Below, piece after piece: positions 38,417-51,305 of a stretch of 64,000 bases of DNA. Positions within the stretch are counted from its first letter, which is position 1; each line of letters begins with the position of its first letter. This DNA is from Tubulanus polymorphus. Lineage: Eukaryota > Animalia > Nemertea. The position numbers and the translations under genes are program-made. A model generated the notes under the pieces. It did not search any database, was not told where the DNA came from, and worked only from the letters and a program-made list of their open reading frames with translations. The stretch is taken from contig NC_134030.1 in NCBI RefSeq assembly GCF_964204645.1, forward strand, positions 5,994,778-6,058,777. The letters run 5' to 3'.

Positions 38417-39485
38417 ATGAATGTTGTAATTGTTTTGGCTTTACTTTTCGGTAGGTTTGAAATTCATTGGTTTGCATTGATGAATTACTAACTAAATAAC
38501 GTAGAAATATCTGAATGTCTTTGATTTTAGTTCTATTCGATGGTGCTGCGGCGGGGTTAATTAAAATGTTTGGTCCTTACAGTGCTAATAGAGATGATGC
38601 TCCTAGCACCGCCATGTGTCCTTTCAATAGGAAGGTTTACTCATGTAAATGTGACAACGATTGCTGCGACGGCACACATATATCCCCGTATGGGCAGTTG
38701 TGTACAGCATTCAATGGTCACGGATGTCCGTCGACTAGGGTATGTGTATTTTGGATAGTATCATGGTATACTCGTGAAGGGGCGGATTTAGAGGGAGACC
38801 GAGCTCCCTATCTTTACCAAGCAAATATTCCCCTATTTTTTGCGAATATAACATTATTGCATGGTATTTTGTTCCAGAATCACTCTAGATGCTGAGAAAC
38901 TTGTCAAATGTTTCAAATTTTCTTGGGGAGGATATGCGCCCTCTCCCTTCATAGGCTCCGCACATTTGTGTACAAATGTATATACAACAACGCTTAGGAA
39001 TTTTTGGCCCCTATTCTAAATTCCGGGATACGCTTTTGCCCGTTTTCCTGAAAAAAAAAACATTAAAATGTTACCTCGAATTTCAGGCAGTAGCTGAGTG
39101 TGTAACAATTGAAGCCGGCAATGATTACCGTGTCGTCAGTAGTGGAATGAGAATGCATACACAAAAAATATACGTTCCGTGCCCAAATGGGTTCTTGCCG
39201 GATCAATGTACGAAGAACCTACCGTATGTGACATTTCATTGAATAATTTCAACCTATTCAGATTTTATCCATGTACCATACAATTTATTGTAAAAGTACA
39301 TTCTATGATCTTTTTTTAGATGGAATCAACTGGATCAAGACCAGTTTCCATGGTACAGGAAGCACGTAACGATACTTGCACGCCCGATTTACGGCAGTAG
39401 CGGATGTAACATTAATTCCGGTATGTGTTTGAAGTATGGATGTGAGATACAAGCGGTATGTTTTAAACACTATCCCAAAATTTGA
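38417..39485 (+). CDS. Cys-rich secreted protein, array copy C (subfamily 2). Exons 38417-38450, 38531-38739, 39087-39223, 39320-39485
   Basis: Intact splice sites and frame; last exon WNQLDQDQFPWYRK..GCNINSGMCLKYGCEIQAVCFKHYPKI*. Confidence 0.85.
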
Positions 39486-40019
39486 TAAATCTTATGTAAC
39501 ATGCCAAACATGAATGAATAAAATTATCTATCAATTAAAAAGTAATTAGATTTTTCTATTCTTTTTTGATCGATTTATATACGAGGTAGTGGATCCGCCA
39601 GATGATGATATCATTCGTCAGTTTCTAGTTGTCTTAGATTTTATGATTAGAATGATGAGATTCAGACGAGCTACTAATATTTACACGAATGACATCTACG
39701 AATGAGTGGCGATCATCACGATTGGTAGAACACTAAATCCGTGTTGACGCGATGTAGAGAGAAACCCACCAGGATAATAAAAAGTCCGAAAATGTAACTT
39801 CGAGATAGTAGTTTATTTCAACGTTTCGACTTTATCCTAATAGTCTTCAGGAATAATCTTCAGGATCATGTGACCTCCCTGAGTAACATACTGTGTGGAC
39901 TCGATACACGCTCAGTGATTTCTCAGTACCGGCATTTGCTAGTTGAAGTGAGACTGGGGCTGTTACCATAGGTTCATTCTATACCGATATAACCATATAA
40001 TATTAGACGAGCAGATACA

Positions 40020-40490
40020 CAATATCCGTGTATGATGATAACGAGAGAAATCCCACAATAACGAAGCCAAGATTGAAAAATTCTATATCAGAATGATTAT
40101 ATTTGAGGAGTGACGTTTCGGCTTACAACTGTTAGCCATCATCAGGCGTACAGAGATAAAATAAAATAACAGGATATTTATACAAGAATATAACAAATGA
40201 TTAAGATTAAAGGATTAAGATTAAAGTTATTAAACAACAAAAACCGGAACACTAAGGAAGAAAAGAAAGAAGGCAAACGACGAACTATAGAGGATGCAGT
40301 GCGAGATTAAAGTTATCTAAAAGCAAAGCCCAGGGAGGGAGTGAGTGAGTGGAAACGGAGGAAAACAAGCTAACAGGATTAGAATAATGGTGTTACAAGT
40401 GAAGCGAGAAATTTAGACATCAAAATATTGTGAGGAGAAAAACCGTTATTCAAATTAACACATTTATCCATATTTCAATAATAAGGACAG
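40020..40490 (-). mobile_element. Penelope-like element relic with degenerate hammerhead core (paralogous copy ~47195-47820)
   Basis: Minus strand ctgatgatggctaacagttgtaagccgaaacgtc ~40110-40145; family flank atccgtg..gagagaaatcccacaataa shared with 24405-24665 and 39735-39865. Confidence 0.55.
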
Positions 40491-42082
40491 CCAGGCCCTA
40501 GTTGGACAGCCATTTCTTCCTTGGCCATTCTTTCCTGGCCAGTTTTTCCTTGGCCTTTTTCCCTACATTCAACGAGCACATCTAAAGAGTTGTTTTTCTC
40601 TGTCGTTGATGAATAACGATAGTTAACCATAGCATCACGATGAATAACGATAGTTTTTCACATTTGTTTCTTTGCATTTTGCGATGTTTATCAACTGAGA
40701 GCAGGATGTTGTTTGCTTGAATTGGGTATGATTAAGATTATCATCAATAGGCCGGAGATGTCTACACAAGGATTCTAGTTCCCACAGGAGATCTTAGCCA
40801 AATTTGGCCCGTGCCTAATTAGAGAGCGCGTTCACACGCAAACCATTCACTCGATACTAAACATTGCTCAAACAAAGCGAAGTGGATCATTTCGGTGCTA
40901 GTTGCAATTCAAACGCAATCATTTGCCTGGTGCTAAAATTAGGCTCGGGCCTGGTCCGACGCTTTTGGTCGAGCCAAATTTGGCCCGGGCCAAAAATGCT
41001 TGTGTGATCGCGGTTGATCGGTTGATCGGTTGATTAGTAATTGTCCAAGCTATACTCTTATTTTCAGTCAAATATATCCATATGAAGATACTCAATTCAT
41101 TCCAATCAATCGGATGTGTCAAAATATTTCGTATTAAATGTAAAAATATATGCTCTTTGGTGTCTATGGTGGACCATGGACGTATAATCTCTCGTTTATA
41201 GTTTGTACGGCCCTAGTCTTTGAAATACATTCCACGAGTTTGAGAAACATATATTATAATTATCGGTATAATTATAACATTCATTATAATTCATCGAGCA
41301 CATACCTGGCATTTTGTACAGTATTGTTGTACGAGAATAAAACGACATTAGTACATATTCACGATTCTTGTTGATATTTTTCATTAGCCTATCTATGTTT
41401 ATGGCAACAATTCCACTGGTGATGCTTTTCAATCGAAAATAGAGGGCTCTCATAAGATTCATCACCATCAGGGAAGGACTGGACGTGTAAGCCATTAATC
41501 TGACAATTTTAAGCAGAAGAGATGAAATTCGTTTAACTCGTTGAAGAAAGAGTCCGAGCCATGATTCAATATCTTCCGTACGTTCCCGTCAACACGCATT
41601 GTTTGATAAAGTGTATGATATTCTTATTGAAGTCAAATGAATGGATATGTGTTAAGCTCGTGGCAGAAATATAAAATTTTCGTACTAAAATCAATTTGAC
41701 ATATGCATGTTTTGTGTGAATATATTTGCGTATATTGCAGATGTAGTTGAGAACGAACGAACGAATAGGACTACTAAATGTGAGCAGGTGTTTTTTGTCT
41801 AATGAAAACCGAGACTATTTTCAATAGATCAAATATACACTTACTCAACACTGAATAAACATTCAACATTTCTGGGCATTTCAATAGGTTTTTATCGACA
41901 ATTAATCAATTAATTTAGCGTTATATTCATTGAACGTATATCGATGAATGTTTTAGTTCTGATCAACTCAACAACGAGTCAGGTAATCTTCCTGCCTATG
42001 ATAAGTAAAAGATCTGAATACATTTATAAAATTCATTTACGCAAGTCATCTATATTAATTTCAGCTGATTATTCAACTCAAG

Positions 42083-44194
42083 ATGAATATTGTAAACGTC
42101 TTGGCTTTACTTTTTGGTAGGTTTAAAATTCATGGGTTTGCATTGATGAATTTTTAACTAAATAGATTAAGATATTTGAATGTCTCTGATTCCAGTTTTA
42201 TTCGAGGGTGCTGCGGCGGGGTCAGTTCTTCTGTATGGTCCTGACAGTTCTTGGAAAGATGACTCTCCTAGCACCGTCACCTGTCCTTCCAATATGAAGG
42301 TTTACATTTGTTCATGTCACGGCTTTTCTTGCTGCGACGGTACACACATATCCGCGGATGGACAGACTTGTACAGCGTTCAACGCTGATGGATGCCCGTC
42401 GACTAAGGTATGTGTATTTTGGATAGTACCGTGGCAGGGGCGGATCCAGGGGGATGAGTAGACAGTATTGGAAGGAAATTTAAGGGCACCTTTCTGATCT
42501 TAGGGCACACCCAGTATCCAGGTTAATGCGAGCGCCGAAGGCGCGAAGTCCTTAGAGGGGGTTCTGGGGGCCTACCCCCAGAAAATTTTGAAAATATGGT
42601 ACCATTTAAAGGCTTTTAGAGGGCTTCTAGAGGCTAGCAGAGCAATCCAGAATAAACGAATTCGAGACAAGATTTCAACAGATGCGGATAAAAAATGAAG
42701 CTGGCGAACCCATGAAAGAATGGTTGTCGCCAACTTCGCCTAGTGCCCCTATAATCTTTAAAAGTGCCCCTTAACAATTATACAGAATACGGATAAGTGC
42801 CCCTTCATTGTTAACAATCGGCAAAAATTGCCTCGTCTTCACATTTATCCTTATGTCGTGTGCCATCTTCCAAACCAAAAGTGCCCCTAAAATTTTAAAA
42901 ATTAGGCAAAAAAGTGCCCTTTTCTTCAACATTTTCCGCGTATAGTGCCCTCTTCTAAAGTACGAGTGCCCCTTTAGCCCTCCCTGAAAAGGCAAGACCA
43001 AGGTGCCCTCATCTAAAGCATGAGTGCCCCTTGCAAAAGGAAAGTGCCCTTTTTAATTTATCATGATTAAAGGCTTTACAAATATGATTATCTCTCCTCA
43101 CTTTCTCGGCAGCAGTATATACCAATTAATTTTATAATTATGCCCGGATTACGGACACGGAATTAGCGGTTGCTGAAATAATGCCGTCAAAAATATTGCC
43201 GGTGAAATTTCGAAGGGCACTTAAAAATTCTAGACCGTATTGGGCAATACGGCTAATACGGTCTGGGTCCGCCTCTGCGTGGCGTACTAACTAGGATTTA
43301 GAGCATCCTCCTCTGGAGGGACTCGAACCTGATGGCATCGCTACACTCAGCCACGGCACGAACCCCTGCATCAGTAGACCGGGTGCGCAGGTACATGCGC
43401 AGCTTTCCGAACGAAAACTGGCGGCACCAATCAGATTGCTCGTTGTATAATCGTTGAGGCAAATTTCAAGGAAGAACTATAAATGGGAAAACCCGGGATA
43501 AAATAAAACGGGATTTCTGATTGGCTAAAAATCACATCATCTGAACTGCGCATGTATCTGCGCACACGGTCGATTGTGGCAGGGTTTCATGCCGTGGAAA
43601 TCTCGATGCCATCAGGTTCGAATCCCTGCCGGGGGAGGATGGATTTAGAGGGGCCCAGCGGTCGGCCTCCCCGTGTTTGTTGCCAAGATATTGCACGGTA
43701 ATTTTGTGTCAGAATCATCCTAGCTGCACAGAAAATATTGTTCGTGTACTATAATGGTCCCCTATCCGTAATCAGAAAAAAAGTAAAGATTTTACCTCGA
43801 ATTTCAGGCGTTAACTCGGTGTGTAACAATCGATGCCGGCAATGTTTACCGTGTCGTTAGTAGTGGAGTGCAAATGCATCAATACAGTATATCTGTTCAG
43901 TGTCCATTTGGGTTAAGACCGGAGCAATGTACAAAGAACCTGCCGTATGTAGCATTTTCACAACATTCAACTGAATTTTTCAACCTAACACTTCATCTAT
44001 ATATGTCTAATACAATTTGCTGCAGCATAGATTTATATACTTTCAGATGGAGTCATGAGTATCGAGGCACGCTCTCAAGGTATAAGGCAGTAACGAAAAG
44101 TTATGGAGGGTGTTCCATCAATTCTTATGTGTGTAGGAATACTGGTTGTGAGATACAAGCGGTATGTTTTAAACACGCTCCCAATCTTTGGTAA
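42083..44194 (+). CDS. Cys-rich secreted protein, array copy D (subfamily 1); third intron enlarged by two MITEs
   Basis: MNIVNVLALLF|VLFEGAAAGSVLLYGPDSSWKDDSPSTVTCPSN..; exon from ~43808 ALTRCVTIDAG..; last exon WSHEYRG..GCEIQAVCFKHAPNLW*. Confidence 0.85.
42435..43277. mobile_element. Non-autonomous DNA transposon, CAG...CTG termini, 5-bp TSD (CGTGG), many internal GTGCCC repeats
   Basis: TIR caggggcggatccag / ctgggtccgcctctg; empty site present in paralogue F (~59168). Confidence 0.85.
43304..43641. mobile_element. Mutator-like MITE, ~100-bp imperfect TIRs, 9-bp TSD (GATTTAGAG)
   Basis: catcctcc..tcgaacctgatggcatcg / cgatgccatcaggttcga..ggaggatg; TSD 43295-43303 and 43642-43650; empty site in paralogue F (~59185). 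Confidence 0.88.
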
Positions 44195-44580
44195 ATCGTA
44201 TGTAACAACAAAACATGAATGAATGAAATCTCTTAAATTCGAATTTTTCTATTCTTTATTATTGATTTATTATTTACGATGCAGCGGATAGCGTCATGAT
44301 ATCATTCGTCAGATTTGGATTTGGATTCGACAGGTTTTGATGAAATTATGAGTGGGGATCATTGTTCATTTTATTATGAGGGTATATCTCGTCTGAGATA
44401 TGCCCAGACGTCAGACAGTGGATGTGAGGTAAAAACAAATCTTACCGCCCAAAAACAAAACTTAGCGCGCGAAATAAAAATATTCCACTTTGGCGCGCTA
44501 AAGGTGCCCACGATTTCGTTTTTGCGCGGTCGTTAAGTAGCGCGAAAAAACATATATTCAAATAAATTACGCGCGCTTCT

Positions 44581-44760
44581 ACGATTACGATTACGATTAC
44601 GATTACGATTTTATTTACACTCCAACCATTTCCATGGTATATGGAGGAAAACTATTACACATTTACATACAAATATTTACAAAACAACACTGAAGTGATT
44701 AAAATTTAGAGAATAAAAACGTAACAAAATATACATACATCAACTAATTACAATACTATG
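44581..44760 (-). mobile_element. 3' end fragment of a retroelement with (AATCGT)n tail (duplicate at ~60590-60780)
   Basis: (acgatt)5 followed by tttattt, i.e. antisense polyA signal plus hexamer tail. Confidence 0.5.
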
Positions 44761-45728
44761 TATACTATTGGATGGATCTATAGACATCCAAGCCGGTTTT
44801 AATGAATTTAGCTAATTTGACCGTTGGGTTTTTCAGAATATCAAGGGTATGAAAGGTATTCAAATTCAAATAGTTTTTGCGGGGTTCTATGATGTCACGC
44901 TTTCGCCATCTATTAGATTAAACAGTAACTAAAGAAATAACTAATCTATGTAATCGTATTAACTAATTTCAAAAGAAAACTAAGAAGAGCTTGAATATGC
45001 CAATAATTCAGTTCTGATCGACATGTCATTCTGCAACCGGTTAGTCAGGTAATCTTCCTCCATATGATAAGTAATAGATAGATGAATACATTTGTAATGA
45101 ACGATTCATGATTTCAGCTGATTATACAACTCAAGATGAATATTGTAACTTTCTGGTAGGTTTAAAATTCATAGGGTTGCATTGATGAATTACTAACTAA
45201 ATATCTGTTCTACAATGAGGATTACGAGCGGGTGAGATCTATACCAACAACACAAGTAAGAAGTTTACCAACACTGATTGAATAACATTGTTTTTCAATC
45301 GACTTATCAACTAATTCATGTTTCATGTAATTTCACACAATACAGTGTACAGACAAAAAAAACAAACTTCAACAGTAAATATGATTAAGCCCTTAACGAA
45401 CGAATACGTGTAATGTGAGCAGGTGTTTTTTGGACTTAAGAAAATCGAAACTACATGTATTTTCATAAGATGATACACACCTGCCAACACTTAACAATAA
45501 CGGTCCTGGGCATCTCAATTGGTATTTACTCCCGAATTAAAATATAATTTATATTCATTGTATATACGTCTGTCAGTGAGTGTTTTAGTTCTGATCGACC
45601 TGTCATTCTACAACCAGTTAGTCAGGTAATCTTCCTTCATATAATAAGTAATAGATGAAAACATTTATAATGAACGATTCATTCACGCCTGTCATTTACA
45701 TTAATTTCAGCTGATTATTCAACTCAAG

Positions 45729-46810
45729 ATGAATATTGTAAACGTTTTGGCTTTACATTTTGGTAGGTTTGAAATCCATTGGGTTGCATTGATGAATTAC
45801 TAACTAAATAGCTTAGAAATATCGGAATGTCTTCAATTCTAGTTCTATTCGAGGGTGCTGCGGTGGGGTTAGTTCTACGGTATGGTCCTTACAGTGCTGG
45901 CACAGATGATGCTCCTAGCACCGCTACCTGTCCTTCCAATATGAAGGTTTACTCGTGTAAATGTGACAGCAATTGCTGCGATGGTACAAAAATTTTCTCA
46001 GATGGACAGACTTGTACAGCGTTTAATGGTGACGGATGCCCGTCGACTAGGGTACGTGTATTTCGGATAGTCTCAAGGCATACTTGTGAAGGGCGGATTT
46101 AGCGGGAGACCGAGCTCCCTATCTTTGCCAAGATAATATTCCCCCTATTTTTTGCGAATATAACATTTAATATTGCATGGCATTTTTTCAGAATCACTCT
46201 AGATGCTGCGAAACTTGTTAATTTTTTTAATTTTCTTGGGGAGTGCCTGCCCCCACCTCCCCTTATAGGATCCACACGTTCGTGTACAAATGTTTATGCA
46301 ACAACAACGCCTACGATATTTTAGCCCCTATTCTAAATTCCGGGATCCGCCCCTGCTCGTTTTCCTGAAAAAAAAAAAACATTAAAATGTTAACTTGAAT
46401 TTCAGGCAGTAACTAAGTGTATAAAAATCCAAGCCGGCAACGAACTACGTGTCATCAGTAGTGGAATCAAAATGAATCAAGAAGTAATATACGTTCGGTG
46501 CCCAAATGGGTTCATGCCGGAGCAATGTACGAAGAACCTACCGTATGTAATATTTCATTGAATAATTTCAACCTATTAAGATTTTATCTATGTACCATAC
46601 TTTATTGTCAAAATACATTCTATGTTTTTTTTTCTAAGATGGAATCATATGGATCGAGACCAGTTTCCATGGTTCAGGAAGAGAGTAAGCAAGCATATAA
46701 GCAAGGTTTACCGCGGTAGCGGGGGATGTGTCATCAATTCTGGTTTTTGTTTGAAGTATGGATGTGAGATACAAGCAGCATGTTATAGATACGCCCCCAG
46801 TCTTTGGTAA
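45729..46810 (+). CDS. Cys-rich secreted protein, array copy E (subfamily 2)
   Basis: MNIVNVLALHF|VLFEGAAVGLVLRYGPYSAGTDDAPSTATCPSN..; AVTKCIKIQAGNELRV..CPNGFMPEQCTKNLP; WNHMDRDQFPW..CEIQAACYRYAPSLW*. Confidence 0.85.
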
Positions 46811-49402
46811 ATCTTATGTAACATGCCAAAATATATGAATGAATAAAATCATCTCTTAAAAAATAATTCGATATCTTTTTTTGATGAATTTTTATACGAT
46901 GTAGTGGATAGATATTTTTGTAATTACGTCAGATGATGATATCATTCGTCAGTTTCGTGTTGGTGTGGATTTTATGATTCGAATGATGAGATTCATACGA
47001 GCTACTGATATTTATTCATACGTATGACATCTTCGAATGAGTGGAAATCATTATGATCTCCCTGAGTGACATAATGTGTGGACTCGATACACGCTCAGTG
47101 ATTTCTCAGTACCGGCATTTGCTAGTTGAAGTGAGACTGGGGCTGTTACTGTAGGTTCATTCTATACCGATATATCCATATAATATTAGACGATACACAA
47201 TATCCGTGTATGATGATAACGAGAGAAATCCCACAATAACGAAGCCAAGATTGAAAAATTCTATATCAGAATGATTATATAAGAGGAGTGACGTTTCGGC
47301 TAACAACTGTTAGCCATCATCAGGCGTTCAGAGAACAAAATAAAATAACAGGATATTTATACAAGAATATAACAAATGATTAAGATTAAAGGATTAAGAT
47401 TAAAGTAATTAAACAACAAAAACCGGAACACTAAAGAAGAAAACAAAGAAGGCAAACGACGAACTATAGGGCGAGATTAAAGTAATCTAAAAACAAAGCC
47501 CAGAGGGTTCAAAGGCGGACAAACTAAGGGGTAATCAGACAAAAAGGAGCAATCAAGGAATAAGTGAGGGAGTGAGTGAGTGGAAGTGTCAAACGGAGGA
47601 AAACAAGCTAACAGGACTAGAAAAAATAGGGTACAAGCGAAGCGAGAAATTTAGAGATCAAAATATTGTGAGGAGAAAATCCGTTTATGGAAACATTATG
47701 GAATCTGTCCTTATTATTAGAATATGGATAAATGTGTTAATTTGAATAACGGTTTTTCTCCTGACAATATTTTGATCTCTAAATTTCTCGCTGCACTTGG
47801 ACCCCAATTATTTTAATCCTAATTTTCGGGCCAAAAATTCACGTGTGATCGCGGCTATTGATTTGTTAATGTATAAGCAATCGGTTGATTAGTAATTGTC
47901 CAAGCTATACTCTAATTTTCAGTCAAATATATCCACGTGAAGGCGGAATCGGTCGACGTGTTTTCGCTCTAGTCCAGAAAAATTACCGCTCAAAGTAAAA
48001 CGGTGACTACGTTTAAAATCTAAACACTTTCGATCTTTGGAATACTGTCGAAGGAACCGTTGGGCAGCATCTGAAGCCACAAGAGCTGCCCTAGACCGTG
48101 TTTCACCGAGGAAAACCGTACGTGAGTGTGCTCAAACTTTAATAGTTGCTTAACACGTTTAACACAAATCAGCTGATATCAAATTAGCGCAAAGTTGAGG
48201 AGATCGTTATAGTGTAAGAAAGACGGCTCTGCAGAAATCGCCGTTCGTCAGATATCGACTTTTCTTTTTGTTGGTTATGTTGGTTTTGTGTTTAAATTGG
48301 AATTGCTTCAAATAAGTCGTCATTTTTAATTCAATCGTGGTGCATACTCGACATACACAACCGATCCGAACTCAAATCGTCCCGCTCTACTGAACAAGAA
48401 GTACCGAGCTGTAAACAACCAAAGCTTGTGACTCCCGGTCGCTCATTATTCCCGTTATTGCAGTCGTCAATCTGACATGACCGCTCAGTATTTCCGTTAA
48501 CAAACGCGTGCGCAAAAATAGCGATACTGAAAAGAAAAGGAACAAAAATGTCCACCAACGAGTGTAAGAGCTGCAGCAACATCGAGACTCTGCTCCAGGA
48601 AATCCTTCAGAAAATCCGCATTCTACCGGAAGTAAACGAAAAAGTTGACCGAAAGACTACCTCACTAGCAAACCTAACAACTCGTGTTGTATCCGTCGAA
48701 GCTGATCTGAAAGCGAATAAAAATTCCGTTGCGAATATGAGAAATGAGCAAGACGAAATACGAAGAAATCTGATCAACTCATCAAAATTAACCTCTGAAG
48801 TCAGAAAAATTGCCGAAAAAACCGCAGAACGTGTCAACTCTCTTGAGAATTACGGCCGTCGGGAAAATTTGATTTTTTCGGTATCCCAGAACAGGACCGC
48901 GAAAACTGCGAGGAACTAGTGCGTCAAATAATCAGGGAGAAACTGGAGATCGACCAAGCAAACCATATCAAATTTCAGCAGGTTCATAGGCTGAATCGAA
49001 AAACCAGAAAAACCGGAACGCGTGGCATTATTGCACGATTCGTACTTTACACCGACAGAGAGCGCGTCAGACACCAAGCTTACAAAGAATAGCGAATTTC
49101 ATAACGTAGCGAAAGTAACCGACCAACCGGCTTACGAAGAAGCGGTGGCCAATCAAGCGAAGATAAATCCCCCTCGCGTTGGACTTTTCACTTTTCGCGC
49201 TGACCTTGAACACGTACTAACAGCGACATCGACAGCACCACGCAACTTGCCCTCTAGACAAACGGCCAAGCGCATTGCATCGGACGAAACTGTAAACGTG
49301 GGCGCAGCCTTGGAAGAAGCGCGCGTGGTATTAGACATGAACGCGGACCAATTCATCCCTACCGAAGCTAATCGTGAAGCTTCCCCCTCGGTTGAGGCAT
49401 AA

Positions 49403-51022
49403 CAGGAGACCGCAGAGCATATTTCGACTAAGTTATCGACATTAACTATAAATGTATGCGGCTTAAAAAGCAAAGAACATATTCCCGAGTTTCAATCGCT
49501 GATTAAATCACATGACATAATAATCCTGACCGAAACGAAGCTTAACGATACAGATGAGGCCTGGGCTAAGAACTTCTTCAACAATTTGGGGTATACTGTA
49601 TTCTTAAAAAATCGTGAGAAACTATCTTCATTCCGGTCCGGTGGCATAGCGATTGCGATAAGCAATATTTTAGCTCCTCATGTAACTATTATCAAAAGTT
49701 CTTGTAATTATGTATTATGGCTACTTGTAGACAAGCATATAATTGACAAAGATAAAAATCTACAAATAGGGGCTGTATACTTACCACCAGAAACCAGTAA
49801 ATTTGGCGGAGTAGACTGCTTTAATGCATTAAATATCGATATTCTCGAGAAATTTAATAGTACAGAATCCTTTTTATTATTATGCGGTGACTTTAACGCC
49901 TATACCGGAGCACTCTTAGACTACAACTCACCAGAAAACTACATAACTGTTGGATCAGACCTTGACAACGAGCTTCTTTTAGAAACCTATACTTGTGAAC
50001 AGTTGCTTTCCAGTTATGACATATTAAGACGCAAAACTAAAGATCTCTCGGTGAATAACTATGGGTCCCGTTTAGTAGAACTGTGTAAAAACCATAGTAT
50101 TATTATTTTGAACGGCAGGATAGCTCCCGATCGATTGACCGGTGACTATACGTGTCATAAAGGCGAAATTAAACATATAGTAGATTACATGATCGCATCC
50201 CCTCATTTGATCAGTTCTGTAAGACTGTTCCAGGTTTTAGAATTCGAAAAGCTTTTCTCTGACGTCCACAGTGGTTTAATTGCAGAGTTCAGTTTTAAGA
50301 TCGAAATTCCCGACCTGGCCTCTGTGGACACCAGTGAAAACTGTCAAGAGAAAGTTAATTGGAAGCCAGATCTGAAGGATCAATTTGTTCAGTCCTTAGA
50401 AAGGGAAATGCCTCTTCTCAATAGTATCAGTGAATGTCTCGCAAACAACACATTAAATGCAAACGAGGCCAACGACAGGCTTTGCAATATATTGTTAATC
50501 ACAGCTGGTAACGTCATGGGTAAGCGGGTTTTGAAACGTAAATCCAAACCGCGGTCAGCCGTTAAAGCCACTAACGACGTAACAGTTAGACTAGCGAGGT
50601 CTGACTATCGCCGTGCCAAACGTGCGTACCTAAGCCTGCGCACTAGAAATAATCATTTTGAAATGAATCGTGCCTTTCGTAAATATAAAAAAACTATTAA
50701 CAAATGGAAAAACGACAAAAGGCAAGAATTTAGCAGGAAAATTAGACAATTATCAAACTCTGACCCTCATACATTTTGGAAACTATTCAAAAAATCAGAT
50801 AACAATTCGTGCAAAGTTCCAAACTCCGATCTCTTCCAACATTTCAAATCTATGAATGAAAGCCCAGTTTTAAACGGAAACGAACCTCTATTAAATAACG
50901 TTGATGAATTTATAGGTAGTAACTTTGACCATGGCCCTTTGAATCAACCGTTCTCTAAGGAAGAAATCTCAAAATGTATTAAAAAGCAAAAAAAATATCA
51001 AGGCCTGTGGTATCGATGGGAT
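49403..51022 (+). pseudogene. Outer LINE ORF2, N-terminal endonuclease half
   Basis: APE motifs; ends ..KACGIDGI at the nested insertion, with an A-run frameshift ~50990. Confidence 0.85.
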
Positions 51023-51305
51023 TAAATAATAAATTAAATAATAAATTTATTTCCACAATAAAATTACAACATGTCATAAAGAGATATACAAATATGAAAT
51101 GTTTTAATATAATGTGGAGGAGATTAGATGAAGCCAATGAAGGCTTATAAAATCTCTAATCCCCTAGCATACACCGATTCACTCAACTCATACACACATG
51201 CAGTCATACACCTTCACCCAACATGCACCCACACACGTAGTCAATCACACTATCTTTCATTCACTCTTACAATCTGGTAATAGATGGCAGATACAGACAG
51301 ATTAA

